In this document: one piece after another, positions 25,354-37,766 of the stretch
Numbering within the stretch: the stretch's first letter is position 1
Layout of the letters: each line of letters starts with the position of its first letter
DNA from: Vitrella brassicaformis CCMP3155
Taxonomy: Eukaryota > Protista > Chromerida
Direction of reading: 5' to 3'
Assembly (NCBI GenBank): GCA_001179505.1
Contig: CDMY01000378.1
Span: forward strand, 1 to 64,000
Length of the DNA stretch: 64,000 nt
Made by a program: the position numbers and the translations under genes
Notes under the pieces: model-generated
Database searches by the model: none
Told to the model about the DNA's origin: nothing
What the model saw: only the letters and a program-made list of their open reading frames with translations

Positions 25354-26427
25354 ATGGCATTCCTATCTCTGCAACGACGAGCATACGCTCTGTTGTTTCT
25401 GCTGTGCGTGGCGCACTGCCACCGGGTGAGCGTGTCCGCCAAGGCACACAGTGCATTCCTGTCGCCCCCCAGGAGAGGGCTGTTCGGCCATGGCGGCCAG
25501 AAGGAGAGGGCGCATGTTAAGCCTCTGCTGCAGAGAAGTGAGTGAGCACAGAGAGATCATGCCTGTCTGTGTGTGTGCCTGTGTGTGTAAGTGTCTGTCT
25601 GTCTGTGTGGTGTGTGGTGTGTGCAGGTTCGTTGCTGACTCGCCTTAACGATCGGCTGCCTTTCAAAGTGCCGGAGAAGCAGCAGATTCAGGTGATCATC
25701 CACACACACACAGTCCCCCCCCCCCCCCACCNNNNNNNNNNNNNNNNNNNNNNNNNNNNNNNNNNNNNNNNNNNNNNNNNNNNNNNNNNNNNNNNNNNNN
25801 NNNNNNNNNNNNNNNNNNNNNNNNNNNNNNNNNNNNNNNNNNNNNNNNNNNNNNNNNNNNNNNNNNNNNNNNNNNNNNNNNNNNNNNNNNNNNNNNNNNN
25901 NNNNNNNNNNNNNNNNNNNNNNNNNNNNNNNNNNNNNNNNNNNNNNNNNNNNNNNNNNNNNNNNNNNNNNNNNNNNNNNNNNNNNNNNNNNNNNNNNNNN
26001 NNNNNNNNNNNNNNNNNNNNNNNNNNNNNNNTCCCCCCCCCCCCCCACACACACACACACACAGACTCCCACCACCTCACACAGTGTCCCACATCAATCC
26101 ATCCCTTTGTATCTGTGTCTGCCCTGTCTGTCAGTTCAAGAGTGTCCCCGAGTGGGCCATCAGCGCAGTGGAAAAGAGCGGCTTCAGAGCCACGGTAGGT
26201 AGGCACATACGCAGGCGCCCTCTACTTAGTTGGATTGTACCCTTTTGTGTTTCCGTTCAGGTGTCGGATATGGCCTCTCTGGGTGGGACTGACCTCCGCT
26301 CGGCTCGCACGGCCCTCACCACACTGGCCGACGTCGGGCAGGGCAACCTGGAGGTCTCCAATGAGGGAGAACTGGTACCAACGCGGGCCGCAGGCAGACA
26401 AACGCGTCCTTACTGGCATGTTGTCAG

Positions 26428-26467
<40 letters not shown>

Positions 26468-27527
26468 TGTGTGTGCAGGTGTACACTTTCCCCAGAACTT
26501 TGCGAGCGACGCTCGCGAGCAGATCGATCGCACAGCAAATCAGGTGCGTATCTATCTCTTTGTGCGGTGCCTGGATGTGCCGCCGGTGTGTGTGTGTGTG
26601 TGTATCTCCGTGGATGCGTGGATGTATCGGCGCTTAATGCACTGCAGGAATCTCTGGCAGAGTGCGTGGCCGGTCATCTTCTACCTCATTCGTGTGGGCT
26701 TCGGGCTGGCACTGGTACGCACAGCAAATGACACACACACACACACGCAGTGCACAATGCTCTCTGCCTGTGTGTGTGCGTGTGTGTGTGTGTGTGTGTG
26801 CAGGTGGCATCGCTCCTGTTGGTTTTGCTGACGTTCATCTTCCTCTCGACGAGCACCAGGTCGGAGGATGACCGGGACCGCGAGGAGCGGCGGCCGTCCT
26901 ATGGATACTCACAGCCTCCCATGTTCATGCCGAGTGAGCGAGCCAAACCCAAGCTCACCCATACTCATTCACAAGGGAGACTCTCTGTCTCTCTGTCTGT
27001 GTGTGTGTGTGTGTGTGTGTGTCTGCATCTGTGTCTGCAGGTCCGTTTGGTTTCAACCTTTGGTACAATCCTTTCGACCCGTTCATCTACCGGCCTTATG
27101 GGTACGTGAAGTGAATGCGCGGCGTGCACAAGACAATACAGCCACACGGCCATATCGGTGGGGTGGGTGTGATTGAGTGCAGGTACTACGACGTCTACCG
27201 AGACCCTGATGAGATGGGCTTCCTCGAGGTATCCAATAGCCACGCAGTCAGTGTGGCTGAACACAGTGAGGGCATTGCAGGCGATGCGCTCTTTTGTGTG
27301 TGCGCGTGTGTGTGTGTGTGTCTCATATGCAGTCCGTTTTCTCGTATGTGTTTGGCGACGGCGACCCCAACTACAAGCTCTCAGAGGTCTGTCTGTTGGG
27401 TGTGTATGCGATGCGGATCTGCACTGACACACACATACACTCTTCGGGCGTGTGTGTCTCTGTGTGTGTGTGTGTGTGTGGATACAGGAGCGCATCAAAG
27501 CGGCGACCAGCCTGATCAGACAGGTGG

Positions 27528-27558
<31 letters not shown>

Positions 27559-29575
27559 GACACACAAGACCACTGTGTCCTCCCCTGCGTGCAGAATGGC
27601 GGCGTGGTGACCGCAGAGCAGCTGGCGCCGCTGCTCGAGCCACAACGGTGCGTATGAACACCTGTTTACACATGCATTGCAGCTGCATATGATGGATGTG
27701 TCTTCCGTGTCTGTCTTTACGTGAGCAGCGATCCCGTGCTGGACGAGAACTCGGCTTCCTTCGTTGTCGACGAGTCCTTTGTGCTGCCCCTGCTGTCTGA
27801 GCTCAACGGCGAGGCCATCGTCACAAATGAAGGCGACATTGTGTATGCGGTCGCGCAGACACACCGACGAGTATACCGATGGGTGGATGTGTGTGGGTGT
27901 GTGTGTGCGTGTGTGTGGATGGCAGGTATAGCTTCCCCGACGTCATGACAACGGCTGTCGACCAAGACGCCGTACGCAACCCCCTCAAACATGCACACAC
28001 AAACAGAGAGAGAGGGAGAGAGCGAGAGAGATCCAGCCGTCCATCCATGTGTGTGTGTGCAGCAACTGCGTCAGCAGATGTCAGACATCGCCAGCCTGCC
28101 CGACGACGCTCTCGTCGAGTTCTGCGAAGACCGGTAGCCCTCCTCCCCCACCACTGCACCGCACCCACACGCACATCCATCCATCCGTCCATCCATTCAT
28201 CCACACACCGATCCATCCCATCTATGTGTGTGTATCTGTCTGTCAGGGGCATTCCCATCAACGACTGCGTGTCATGGTTCGAGATCGACCGGCGCACTCT
28301 CGTTCGGCGGGCGCAGCAGTTCTTGGCCGACTCCGCGGAGGTCCCCGTGTATCTTGAGGAGCAGGAGGTTCCCTTCTCGCAGGCGCCTGAGGGCAAGAAG
28401 TTCCTCGCTGGTGGCCTGGGGATTGCGAATCTTGTGGTGGGTGCGGGCGGTTTGCACACACAGACTGACTGACAGGAATTGGTGGATGTGTGTGTGTGTG
28501 TGTGTTGGTGTGCAGGGTGTGTTGGCGCTTGGTGCGAAGTTCAACCAGATTGCGCAGCTGCCCGTCAGGCTTGTCGGTGGGTACCCTCCCCCCCCCCCCN
28601 NNNNNNNNNNNNNNNNNNNNNNNNNNNNNNNNNNNNNNNNNNNNNNNNNNNNNNNNNNNNNNNNNNNNNNNNNNNNNNNNNNNNNNNNNNNNNNNNNNNN
28701 NNNNNNNNNNNNNNNNNNNNNNNNNNNNNNNNNNNNNNNNNNNNNNNNNNNNNNNNNNNNNNNNNNNNNNNNNNNNNNNNNNNNNNNNNNNNNNNNNNNN
28801 NNNNNNNNNNNNNNNNNNNNNNNNNNNNNNNNNNNNNNNNNNNNNNNNNNNNNNNNNNNNNNNNNNNNNNNNNNNNNNNNNNNNNNNNNNNNNNNNNNNC
28901 CCCCCCCCCCCCCCCAACCCCCTCCCCCGTCGACGCGACCCACGCTTGTGTGTGTCTGGATGTGTGTGTGTGTGCAGGTCTGCCAGCCTTTGTGCAGGGC
29001 ATCTTCCCCCTGCTCACCTTCTACGCCATCTCTTTCAATGTCGTGCCCGTCCTGCGAGCCTTCGTCGTCAATAAGGCATGCACACGCCCGCACTCGGACA
29101 AAGCCACACGTCATGGGATGGAACTGTGTATGGTATGGTGTGGTGTGCAGAGGAATGGCGACATCGCGCAACGCAATGAGATGCGACGAAAGTGGGCCGC
29201 GGCGCTGCAAGCAGGGGTATGCGGGCAGCCACAGCCACCCCCCAACACACCACGCAATACACCCCCTGTGTGCGTCAATCAATGCATGCAGGCACCCTTC
29301 ATCCGCCGGAAGCTTGACGCCGCCCGACGGATGGCCAAACGAGTCAGCTACGTCCAAAAGGGTACATCACACACCCCCCCTCCCCTCTCCCCTCTCCCAC
29401 CCACATCACCCCACCCATGAGTGTGCATATATTGTGTGCAGAGTCGGCCATCTACACGACCGAGCGAGACCTGCTGGACCAGGAGTCATCGTCGCCCGGC
29501 CGCAGCAGCAGCGCTGCTGATATGCCCAAGGCGCCCTCACGTCAGTCCAGCAGGACGATTGAGATCGACGTGTAG
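25354..29575 (+). CDS. At5g03900-like plastid membrane protein (cyanobacterial/plant conserved), multi-exon
   Basis: Leader MAFLSLQRRAYALLFLLCVAHC..HSAFLSPP. Core MGFLE|SVFSYVFGDGDPN..ERIKAATSLIRQ|NGGVVTAEQLAPLL..DESFVLPLLSELNGEAIVTNEGDIV|YSFPDV matches the At5g03900 family. Ends ...RTIEIDV*. Confidence 0.8.
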
Positions 29576-30243
29576 CGGATGGATGAATGGCTATCCATGC
29601 AACGCAACGCATGACTTTCATAGAGACAGACACGCAGAGTGACAGAGACTGCCTGTCTGTCTGCCGGTTTTGGTTTTTCTGTGGGCTGTGGGGTGGGGGG
29701 CCCGGAGGGGTGGAGTGAACAGAGAGATGGAATTTTTCGCTTCTGGACGGTTCATTATCGATCGCATTTTCATGTGTAGATACGTACGTCACGTCCATGT
29801 GTGTGTGTGAGTGTGTGTCTCGTGTTGTCTGGCAACGAAGAAAGAACAAAGGCAGCAAAGGGCAGCGAAAGGCAGCGAAATCTGTGTGTCCGTCCGCGTG
29901 TCTGCGTCTGTGTGTGTGTGTGAAATGGGACCAAATCGACTATGCACCTCGTAGTGAGTCCGTTGCGAGCTCACTCCATTTGCGAGCCGAAAATGCTGAG
30001 AGAGGATGAGCAGCAGCAGTAGCCATATATAGCAGCAGAGAGACTCCATAGAGCCTGCACAAGCTTGTTGGAGGCGGCAGCAGCGAGCTGACCGAAAAAG
30101 AGCAGAGCTCCCCTTGGAGAGAATTAGAGAAGAGAGAGATTAGAGATTAGTACATCGCATGACGGCAAGTTGGGGTGATGGATCAAACAAGCCAGCCCAA
30201 ACACACATACTCACACTCACTCACAGCTCCCATGCCAGCTACA

Positions 30244-30921
30244 CTACAGCGACTTATACTTGTATCTCGCCCCTCTCAGGTGGCCCAGCTTCTCGGCGCT
30301 CTCAGCGATCGACCTCTACACCCAGCGCCGCATACCCACCAGCACCCCAGTGACACACACAGACACACTCCGGCCATTCATGAGTTCGATGCAGAAGACC
30401 GACTCACCCATCAGCGACACCAGCACACACAGCTTCTCCAGCTGCAGCAGAGTGTTCGTGTGTTGACGGAGGACGTAACAGCTGCAGAGAGATGACCACA
30501 GAGAGGCCGAGGCCGAGGGTGGGGGCGGCTGGGGCTCTGCGGACTGCGGACTGCTCAAAGTAAAGCCTAGTGCCGCACACGCAGCAGCCCCAACCATCGA
30601 CACAGCGGAACACACCAGCGAAAGAAGCCTCCCAGCGGCTGAGTCCGATAAGGTACACGATGTCGGCCTTGTGTTGGGATAGATCAGCCGCGCAAACAGG
30701 GCTCCCGCAACGACGGCACACGCGAGGGAAGCCAGAGAGGCCAGCCCGCCCACTACAAAGCGCCAAAAGAGTGCGTCCCTGGCGAGTTGCTGACTGAATG
30801 ATGCGATGATTGCCTCCTGCTCGTCCTCGTCGATAGGCGCAGTATCGGCATCAGCATTGGCATTGGCAGCGGCAGACGTCACCTTGTTCCTTCGCGCCTT
30901 CACTTCATCTGATGTCTGCAT
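30244..30921 (-). CDS. Small membrane protein, hypothetical
   Basis: MQTSDEVKARRNK..IDEDEQEAIIASF..FWRFVVGGLASLASLACAVV.. with several hydrophobic segments. Last exon RSIAESAEKLGHLRGARYKYKSL* follows a TAG acceptor. The donor of the last intron is uncertain. Confidence 0.6.
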
Positions 30922-31412
30922 TCAGCCTCATATAATTCGATGAGTTACATATTCCCGATGTTTTCTGCAGAGCAGCACCAGCGGCCACGTGCAGTACGAG
31001 AGGCCTCGCTCCTTGTTTCTTCCTCTTTCCGATGTGCAGATCTTTGCAAGCTCGCAGGGAAGGAAAAGGAAGGCATCCGTGAAACCGCTCCTCCCCAGGA
31101 AAAGGAAGGCCCGCTGGTTTCCCCCCTACAGGCGAAGAGCTAACGTCGAAGGTGAGTTGCACGCATTCTCATTGTCTTCATATCAGGAAGCACAAATATT
31201 GCTGGCTGGCTCGTGCCGTGTTCTGTGATGTTCAGTCAGTGTGCCAGATCCACTCCACTCGTCTGCAAGTGCTCGTCGTCGACACGGTGACCATCTCTGC
31301 TTTGACGGAGGTAGGTACATGGTTGCCAAACGACGAGTAGACAGGACGTCACGCAGAGAGGACGCAGAGATGTCTGCCTGTCTGTCCCCTGGGTGTAGGT
31401 GCAGACAAGCAG

Positions 31413-33230
31413 ATGGCGTCTACGTCGACTGTGGTGTTTGCTGCGACTGCGCCACCGCTGCTGCCGCGGGGATGGGTGAGACTGGATGCCGTGGAGACCC
31501 AGTTTGATGAGGGCACCAGCGATGTCACCCGTCGGCTTGCCATGGGCATCATCCACCGCACGCTCACCAGTGCCGCCGAGGTGACACAGCTCATACAGCA
31601 GGGGGCAAACCCAGATGTCCAGCTGCTGCTGACAAGAGGGCCGTACCAAGGACCCAGTCGCACGGGTTACCCTCTGCTGGCTCTTTCCATCGATGACATG
31701 ACCGACCACACCCTTGGCGCCATCGAGGCACTACGATCAGCGCAACAATGGTCAGTGACGTACACGCATCAGGGTGAAGTGAGTGCACGCATTCAATTTG
31801 CGTTCATGTGTGTCAGGTCTCCCGTCGCCATGCCTCGCTGGCTATCTACTGACCTCCAGGACGCCGTCATGAATGCCCTCATCGATGGCGGGGCTGACAT
31901 GAACGCGGCGGATATCCTTTCACAACACAGACCCCTCCAAGTCGCCGTGGCGGCGGGCAACCAGGCGGCACTCGGTCTTCTGATGGCGCGCAACGTACAG
32001 CTGCGAGGGTTCATGATAATGCAGCTGCCATTCGAGGCGGAAGTCACATTCCGTCCTACCCCTGCCCTCGAGAGCCAGCTGCTATGCATCTATCGCCGGC
32101 TTATCCAACACGACAGCACACTGGCAGACGAAGGCAACGGATGGGGCTCATTCGACCATGTGATGCGTTCTGCAGCGATCAGAGGCAGAGAGTACTCGCC
32201 GGCCTTTCTCGATAGCTACCTGGATCTGCTGGTGGGCAACGGCGCGAACATTATGGCTGCGGACGGGGATGGCCAGACAGCATTCCATTGGGCGGCCTTC
32301 GCCGGGGCCCATCGCGTGATTCATTGGATGTCTCGGCACGTTTCGGCTGGGGAGATCAATAGACGGACGAATCAGGGTGCTGACGGATATACGGCCCTCG
32401 ACGGAGCTGCCTCTCAGCTCGACTGGTTCACCGAGTGGGTGCGGAGAGCCGACTTTGTGTCGGAAGAAGAGGAGGAGAACATTCGCAGGAGGATACCTGT
32501 CCAGAAGACTTGCATCCTTGTGCTGCTAAGAGGCGGTGCAGCCCCATCGATTGCCCACCTTCCTACAGCAACCGAGGCGGACCGCCGTCGCCGCCAGCTG
32601 GTGCTCACCGAGTACGCGACAGTGCTGAATGAGCTGCGTGATGTCGTCATGGAGGCGATCAACACCGCCCTCGCACCCCAGCGCGATTACTCGATGCTTC
32701 TCACGCGTCTACTGCCCCTGGCGCCGCACCACGATGGCCACGCCACTCACCCATCCCCCTCCAACCTCTCATTCGGACCACAGGAGGCAGAGGCCATCGC
32801 ATGGCATGTCGAGTCATTCCTGTATCAGCCCTTAACAGCCATGGCGACCATCGATGAGTACCTGATTGGCGACTCGGTGCTGAGGCAGCATGTGCGGGCG
32901 GCCGTGGCGCAATTCGTCAGGCAGGCGGCCACACGTACGGCGAGCAATAGGGAGGTGGTGGGCGGGACGCGTCAAGAGGGCGGGCAGACGGTGCGCGTGC
33001 CTCCCTTGCAGTGCTTTGCCATTGGGAGCGGCAATGGGGCCCGTGCGGTGCGCATGGTGGGTGTGCGTGAGGTGGTGCATCGAGCCCGGCTGGACGAGGC
33101 GGACCAACACGGCGTGGCGGGTGTGATCAAGGGCTTCAATGAGCATCTTGGGGATGGGGACTGCCAGTTTCAGTGGCAGCAGCTGGGGTACATGACCAGG
33201 GGCGTGTTCGTGTCGCTGGGCTTCACGTGA
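31413..33230 (+). CDS. Ankyrin-repeat protein of the lineage-expanded chromerid type
   Basis: 605-aa open frame with ANK motifs DGGADMNAADILSQHRPLQVAVAAGN and GANIMAADGDGQTAFHWAAFAG. C-terminus REVVHRARLDEA...KGFNEHLGDGDCQFQWQQLG is typical, from recall, of a Vitrella-expanded family. Possible in-frame intron near 31750-31817. Confidence 0.75.
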   Translation: MASTSTVVFAATAPPLLPRGWVRLDAVETQFDEGTSDVTRRLAMGIIHRTLTSAAEVTQLIQQGANPDVQLLLTRGPYQGPSRTGYPLLALSIDDMTDHTLGAIEALRSAQQWSVTYTHQGEVSARIQFAFMCVRSPVAMPRWLSTDLQDAVMNALIDGGADMNAADILSQHRPLQVAVAAGNQAALGLLMARNVQLRGFMIMQLPFEAEVTFRPTPALESQLLCIYRRLIQHDSTLADEGNGWGSFDHVMRSAAIRGREYSPAFLDSYLDLLVGNGANIMAADGDGQTAFHWAAFAGAHRVIHWMSRHVSAGEINRRTNQGADGYTALDGAASQLDWFTEWVRRADFVSEEEEENIRRRIPVQKTCILVLLRGGAAPSIAHLPTATEADRRRRQLVLTEYATVLNELRDVVMEAINTALAPQRDYSMLLTRLLPLAPHHDGHATHPSPSNLSFGPQEAEAIAWHVESFLYQPLTAMATIDEYLIGDSVLRQHVRAAVAQFVRQAATRTASNREVVGGTRQEGGQTVRVPPLQCFAIGSGNGARAVRMVGVREVVHRARLDEADQHGVAGVIKGFNEHLGDGDCQFQWQQLGYMTRGVFVSLGFT

Positions 33231-33707
33231 AAAAAGGCTGAGTGGCTGTGGCTGACGGACGAGTGTTTTAATGCTGTCACTTTGCGTCACACAATAGAGG
33301 ATGGGTGCATGTGGTGGGGCTGAGGGGTTGACAGGGAGGGAGGCAGCCCGCTGCCTTGCTGTGGACCTGTGGCTGCATCGCTGCATGGCCGCTGATATGT
33401 CATGGTATCTGTCTGTGAGCGTGTGCGTCTGTGTGTGTGTGCTTCGTGTGTGTATGTCATTCGTTCATTCATTCATTCATTCATTCGAGCGTCCTCATGA
33501 ACACACTGCAGGTGACACACTTCGTCTTCACGTTGACTTGCCAATCAAATGTTTGCGTGGGCGCACCTCGATCTCATTGACAGATGACTGCTCGGCGATC
33601 ACGAGCCCGGAAAACCCCGAGGATCCATCGTAAACACAAACTAAGGCCGGAGGTCCCCGACGTGTGTTGCAGTTCACACAAGCTCTCTGCAAGCGACCTT
33701 CAGTGCA

Positions 33708-35471
33708 GAGGGCTTCCGCCGTAGATTGCCACCGTCCCGCCACCACACACGCCATGGGGGAGAGGCGGTGCTTTGTGACGACTTGTTTCCATATCCAAGG
33801 CCATGGATGTACGCGCAATGCATGTGGGAAGGGCGGTCCGGTAGTCATGGTGCATGGCGGGGCAATGCTGCCCATGCACAGCGCTGTTGTGACACGTGGG
33901 GGTTGTCGTGTCTCATGGTTTTCGTCGATGCGTCCATCTGTTTGTGTGGTGCAGGTTGGAAGGACGGCAAACCATACAACTACGTTAGCGGTGCGCACCA
34001 AGGTACACAACGCGCAGCGCACTGAAAGAGGCGGTGAGATACATAGCATTTCCGCCTCTTTCATCGTCTCCTGTGTGAACGTGCAGGAGCGCGACGCATT
34101 GCGGGCGGTGTGGGACGAAGTGCGGGAGGTAAAGACTTAATCAACACACACTGCATATTGGAGTGCGCGTGACATCGTGTTGTGTCCCTTTGTGTGGGTT
34201 TGCAATGCAGGTGTCGCTGATTTGTGCGGAGGCGGTCAAGAAGAGCTATGGGGAGGCGAAAGAGGCCATGTACAGGCCCTGGCTGCATGCCGCCTTCACC
34301 AAGTTGCACGCCCTCAACCTCACCCAGTTCGACAAGATCATGCTGCTCGATGCCGACACGCTCGTCAACCCATTCATGGTGATGAAGGAGTCGGCCGCCC
34401 GCATCCAGGCGCGCGTCGAGAAGCTCTTCAGTGTGAGGACCCCTGCAGGTAGGTAGGTGGGGTGGATGTGCTGATTGATGACAATTTGATGTGGATGGCT
34501 TGTGATGTGATGCTCCTCTGCGTTGTATGTTGATCATGCAGGCTTGTGTTCGGACACGTTGGGTGGCGCTCAGGTGCACGGCACGCCGGTGTCAGAGGAG
34601 CAACTGAAGGATGCCAAGGACAAAGGCTGGGGGATGAGGGGGTGTATCATGGCGCTCAAGTAAGACAGATCGGTGAGATGGGCAAGTGTGTGGTGGGTGG
34701 ATGCGCCTTGCAGGCCGTCGCGCGATTTGTTCGACAACTGCCTAGGAGAGCTCTCCAGCGTTAGATCATTAGTCAAGGGGCGCATCGGGCGATATGGAGA
34801 CAAAGACAAATTCATAGGTGCGTCCACATCTATATCTAAGACTTGCTGCAGTGCGTGATGCCTGTCCATGTGTGTGTGGTTGGCAGGCCCGGACGAGTTG
34901 TTCTTCTCTACGGTGCTGCAGGACTGGCACCACCTGACCCCCAACGCGTGTGTCACCTCCTGGCACCTCAAAGAGGAAAGTGAGCGAAACGAGACACACA
35001 TCTATATGGAGGGCTGTATATGTCTCCTCTCTTTGGTCTGGTGGTGTGCCCAGACGAGACCAAGGCCTTCTTTCTGCACATCGTGTCCGAGAAGGTGTTC
35101 ATGCCTCAGTTTGGCAAGAGGTGGCCCGATTATGGTAGGTTACGGTGGGCGGTGCGATGGTTGTTATGTGAGTGTGTGGGGGTTTGTTGCGGCCCTCAGA
35201 CTTCTGGCTCAAGTGGGCCATTCAGTGCCGCGACGACCATCCTGAGACGCGCCTCTGGCTAGGCCACATCATCGAACGCACCATAAAGGTATGCTCGATA
35301 TACGAAACAAGAAAACCGGCCGACACACCAGATGGGGGATGACATCATTGCTCTGTTTTCCATTCTCAGGAGCCCATTACGTATCACCCCATGTACCGCT
35401 GGCCATTCGACCCTCTGGACAAGCCGATCAAACGGTTTCGCGAGGCCATCGCACAGGGGTACCCTCACTGA
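33708..35471 (+). CDS. Glycosyltransferase family 8 (glycogenin-like) protein; 5' end unresolved
   Basis: ERDALRAVWDEVRE|VSLI..AAFTKLHALNLTQFDKIMLLDADTLV (GT8 FTKL..YDK...LDAD motif), later GPDELFFS and FLHIVSEK. Last exon ends ...REAIAQGYPH* at 35471. Confidence 0.7.
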
Positions 35472-35972
35472 TGGGCAGCGGCAGCAGGGAGGGAGACACT
35501 CAGACGCACAGACTATTGTGCGTGAGACAGACAGACAGATTGGTGTGGTGGGAGTGGGGTGCAGTCGTGTGGGTGCCGATTTCCAGTACATGCCCATGTA
35601 GAGATGGACGACACTCTGATGTGCACGCCACGCACGTGTGCATATACAAGACATGATTAAAAGGGTTCGACTACAAGCCACACACACATCGTCCAGTCCA
35701 CCTGTCCATCCATCCATCAGCAACGTCTGTCTGACCGATGCCATCCATGAATGCACCATGGAAATCACGATCAGAACTGCACAACACACACATACCACCC
35801 CACCCCACACATAGGGAGCCTAGCCTGCCCCTATCCACAGACAGACAGACAGACCGACAGACAGACATACCAGCGGGACAAAGGACAGGCTGGCCCGTCC
35901 GCGCCAAAAAAGAGGCGGGTGTGTTCGGTCAGCACACACCAAGAGCGACCCGTCCCGTCGGCACCCACCCCT

Positions 35973-37683
35973 TCACGCCCAGAGTGCCTTGCACTGCTCT
36001 TCCATGTCCTTGAAGGGCATCGTGGGCCGCTGCAGCCAATTGTCGCTGCACACATACACACAAAGGAGGACAGCAAACGATATGTAACAAGTGAGCCTCG
36101 GCCTCTGCTTGTGGTATCACCTGGACCACTGGCAGTCGTCCTGCTCCACAATGTGCAGCGTGTAGGCGTGCCTGCGAAGGGCAAAAACAGGGCAAACAGA
36201 CGCCTTCCATTCATGTGGGCGCCCCTGCCTGGGTATGTCCCCAGCTACCTACCGTGATGTGTTGGAGTAGTTGTGTTCGCTGAAGTGCACGAGGGTGCCG
36301 TGCAGCAGGACCAGCGTCCCCTTGGGCACCTCCAACGGCACTGCATTCGTTCAGGAATGCATCACACATACGAGGCAATCGATCGCCAAAGGGCAAACCA
36401 TCCTGCGATGAATCCTTGCCCTCTGCCTACCTGCATTGTCGATGTCGTATGTGCCAGGTCTGTCGTAAGCTGCGCACGCACACGCTCACATAGTGTACAG
36501 TACAGTGCACCAGATAACCGATTGTGGCAGCCCACCTGCACTCGTTCTGTCCTCATTGAGGAGAAATCTCTTCAGGATGCCCTTCTTGTGAGAGCCCTAC
36601 ACGGACAGGCAGCCACACATGCACACATGGACATGACAGATCGGCTGCCCAGCCCATGAGCCGGACGTCGACTCACTCACCGGCACAGCATAAAGGCAGC
36701 CGTTGGTCTTGTTTGCGTCCTCGAGCGCTATCCAAACACCTGCACACACACAGGCGGAAGGCAGACACCTCCATACATCACAGATCGCATAGAGAGTGCT
36801 CGACTGTCTGTCTGTCTGTCTGTCTCACCGAGGCATGACGGTGGGTCGGTGTGGATGAAGGATGAGTCCTGGTGGGGCGTCACGCTGCCTCCTGCATACA
36901 CGGGGATCATCCACCAGTGTGATGAGTGGATGGCCATGTGTGTGGGTGTGTGTGGCGTACCGACTGCAGGCTGCTTGAAGATGTACATTGACTGCACTAC
37001 TGCTGGGCGCCGGTAGCCTGCAGGGATGGTATGCATACGAAGCACCCACCAACGAGCGAGTAAACGGGCAGATAGAGGTCAGAGTGCTCTCTCTCTCACC
37101 GACCCAGCGCCTTGCAGGCATTCAGCAACACAGGATGGTAGCTGAACTTCCCTGACACACACACACACACACACAGACACACAGCAGGTAGACAGGAAGC
37201 AACAAACACATCCATGTGTTGATCCACGCGCAGAGTACTGCCCTCTCTTGTCCATCCATTGACGGAGACTGACTGAATGTGTCGTCGAGGTCATGCATGG
37301 CATGGCCCATCTTGTTGATGGCCAGCCTCTTGTCCACCCGCAGCCTCCCATCCTCGTCAAAGGCGTCCTTCTCAAAAAACATGCGGATCTTGTCGCCGGA
37401 CGACAGGAAGTACTCATCGCTCTGGTGTGACAGACGCTCTGATCCATCACACCCATACACAGACCGCAGATGAGATGCAATCTGCCGTGATGCTTCCATC
37501 GATTCATGATCGTCCCGTACCTGTTTCGAAAGTTGATTTGTGCGAGTCCGCGTCGAAGCCACTCACGATCTGCCCCGTGCGGCTGACCAGTGAGTCGATT
37601 TCATCGTCGGTGTATGCACCGGGAATGACCAAGTAGCCATCCCTATTGAACTTCTCCACATCCACAGCGCTGATCTGCGGCAT
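35973..37683 (-). CDS. PHYHD1: Phytanoyl-CoA dioxygenase domain-containing protein (Fe/2OG oxygenase)
   Basis: [22 protein letters not shown]..|[34 protein letters not shown]|[10 protein letters not shown]|[11 protein letters not shown] (HxD)|..[25 protein letters not shown] (distal His and Arg). Confidence 0.88.
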
Positions 37684-37766
37684 TCTTCAGCCTCAGATCT
37701 TTGACATGTGTCCGTTCTGCTGTTCCTTCGGCTTCTGTGCGAGCTCAGCTCAGGTGCGAGCTCAAA

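Noticed and set aside
30175-30495. Plus-strand ORF with an apparent acceptor (ctctcag|GTGGCC)
   Set aside because: It overlaps antisense to the last exon of the minus-strand membrane-protein gene, whose RYKYKSL* end is more convincing.
31413-33230. Nearly intronless ankyrin gene considered as a retrocopy or mobile element
   Set aside because: No terminal repeats, target-site duplication, poly-A tail or transposase/RT motifs were seen.
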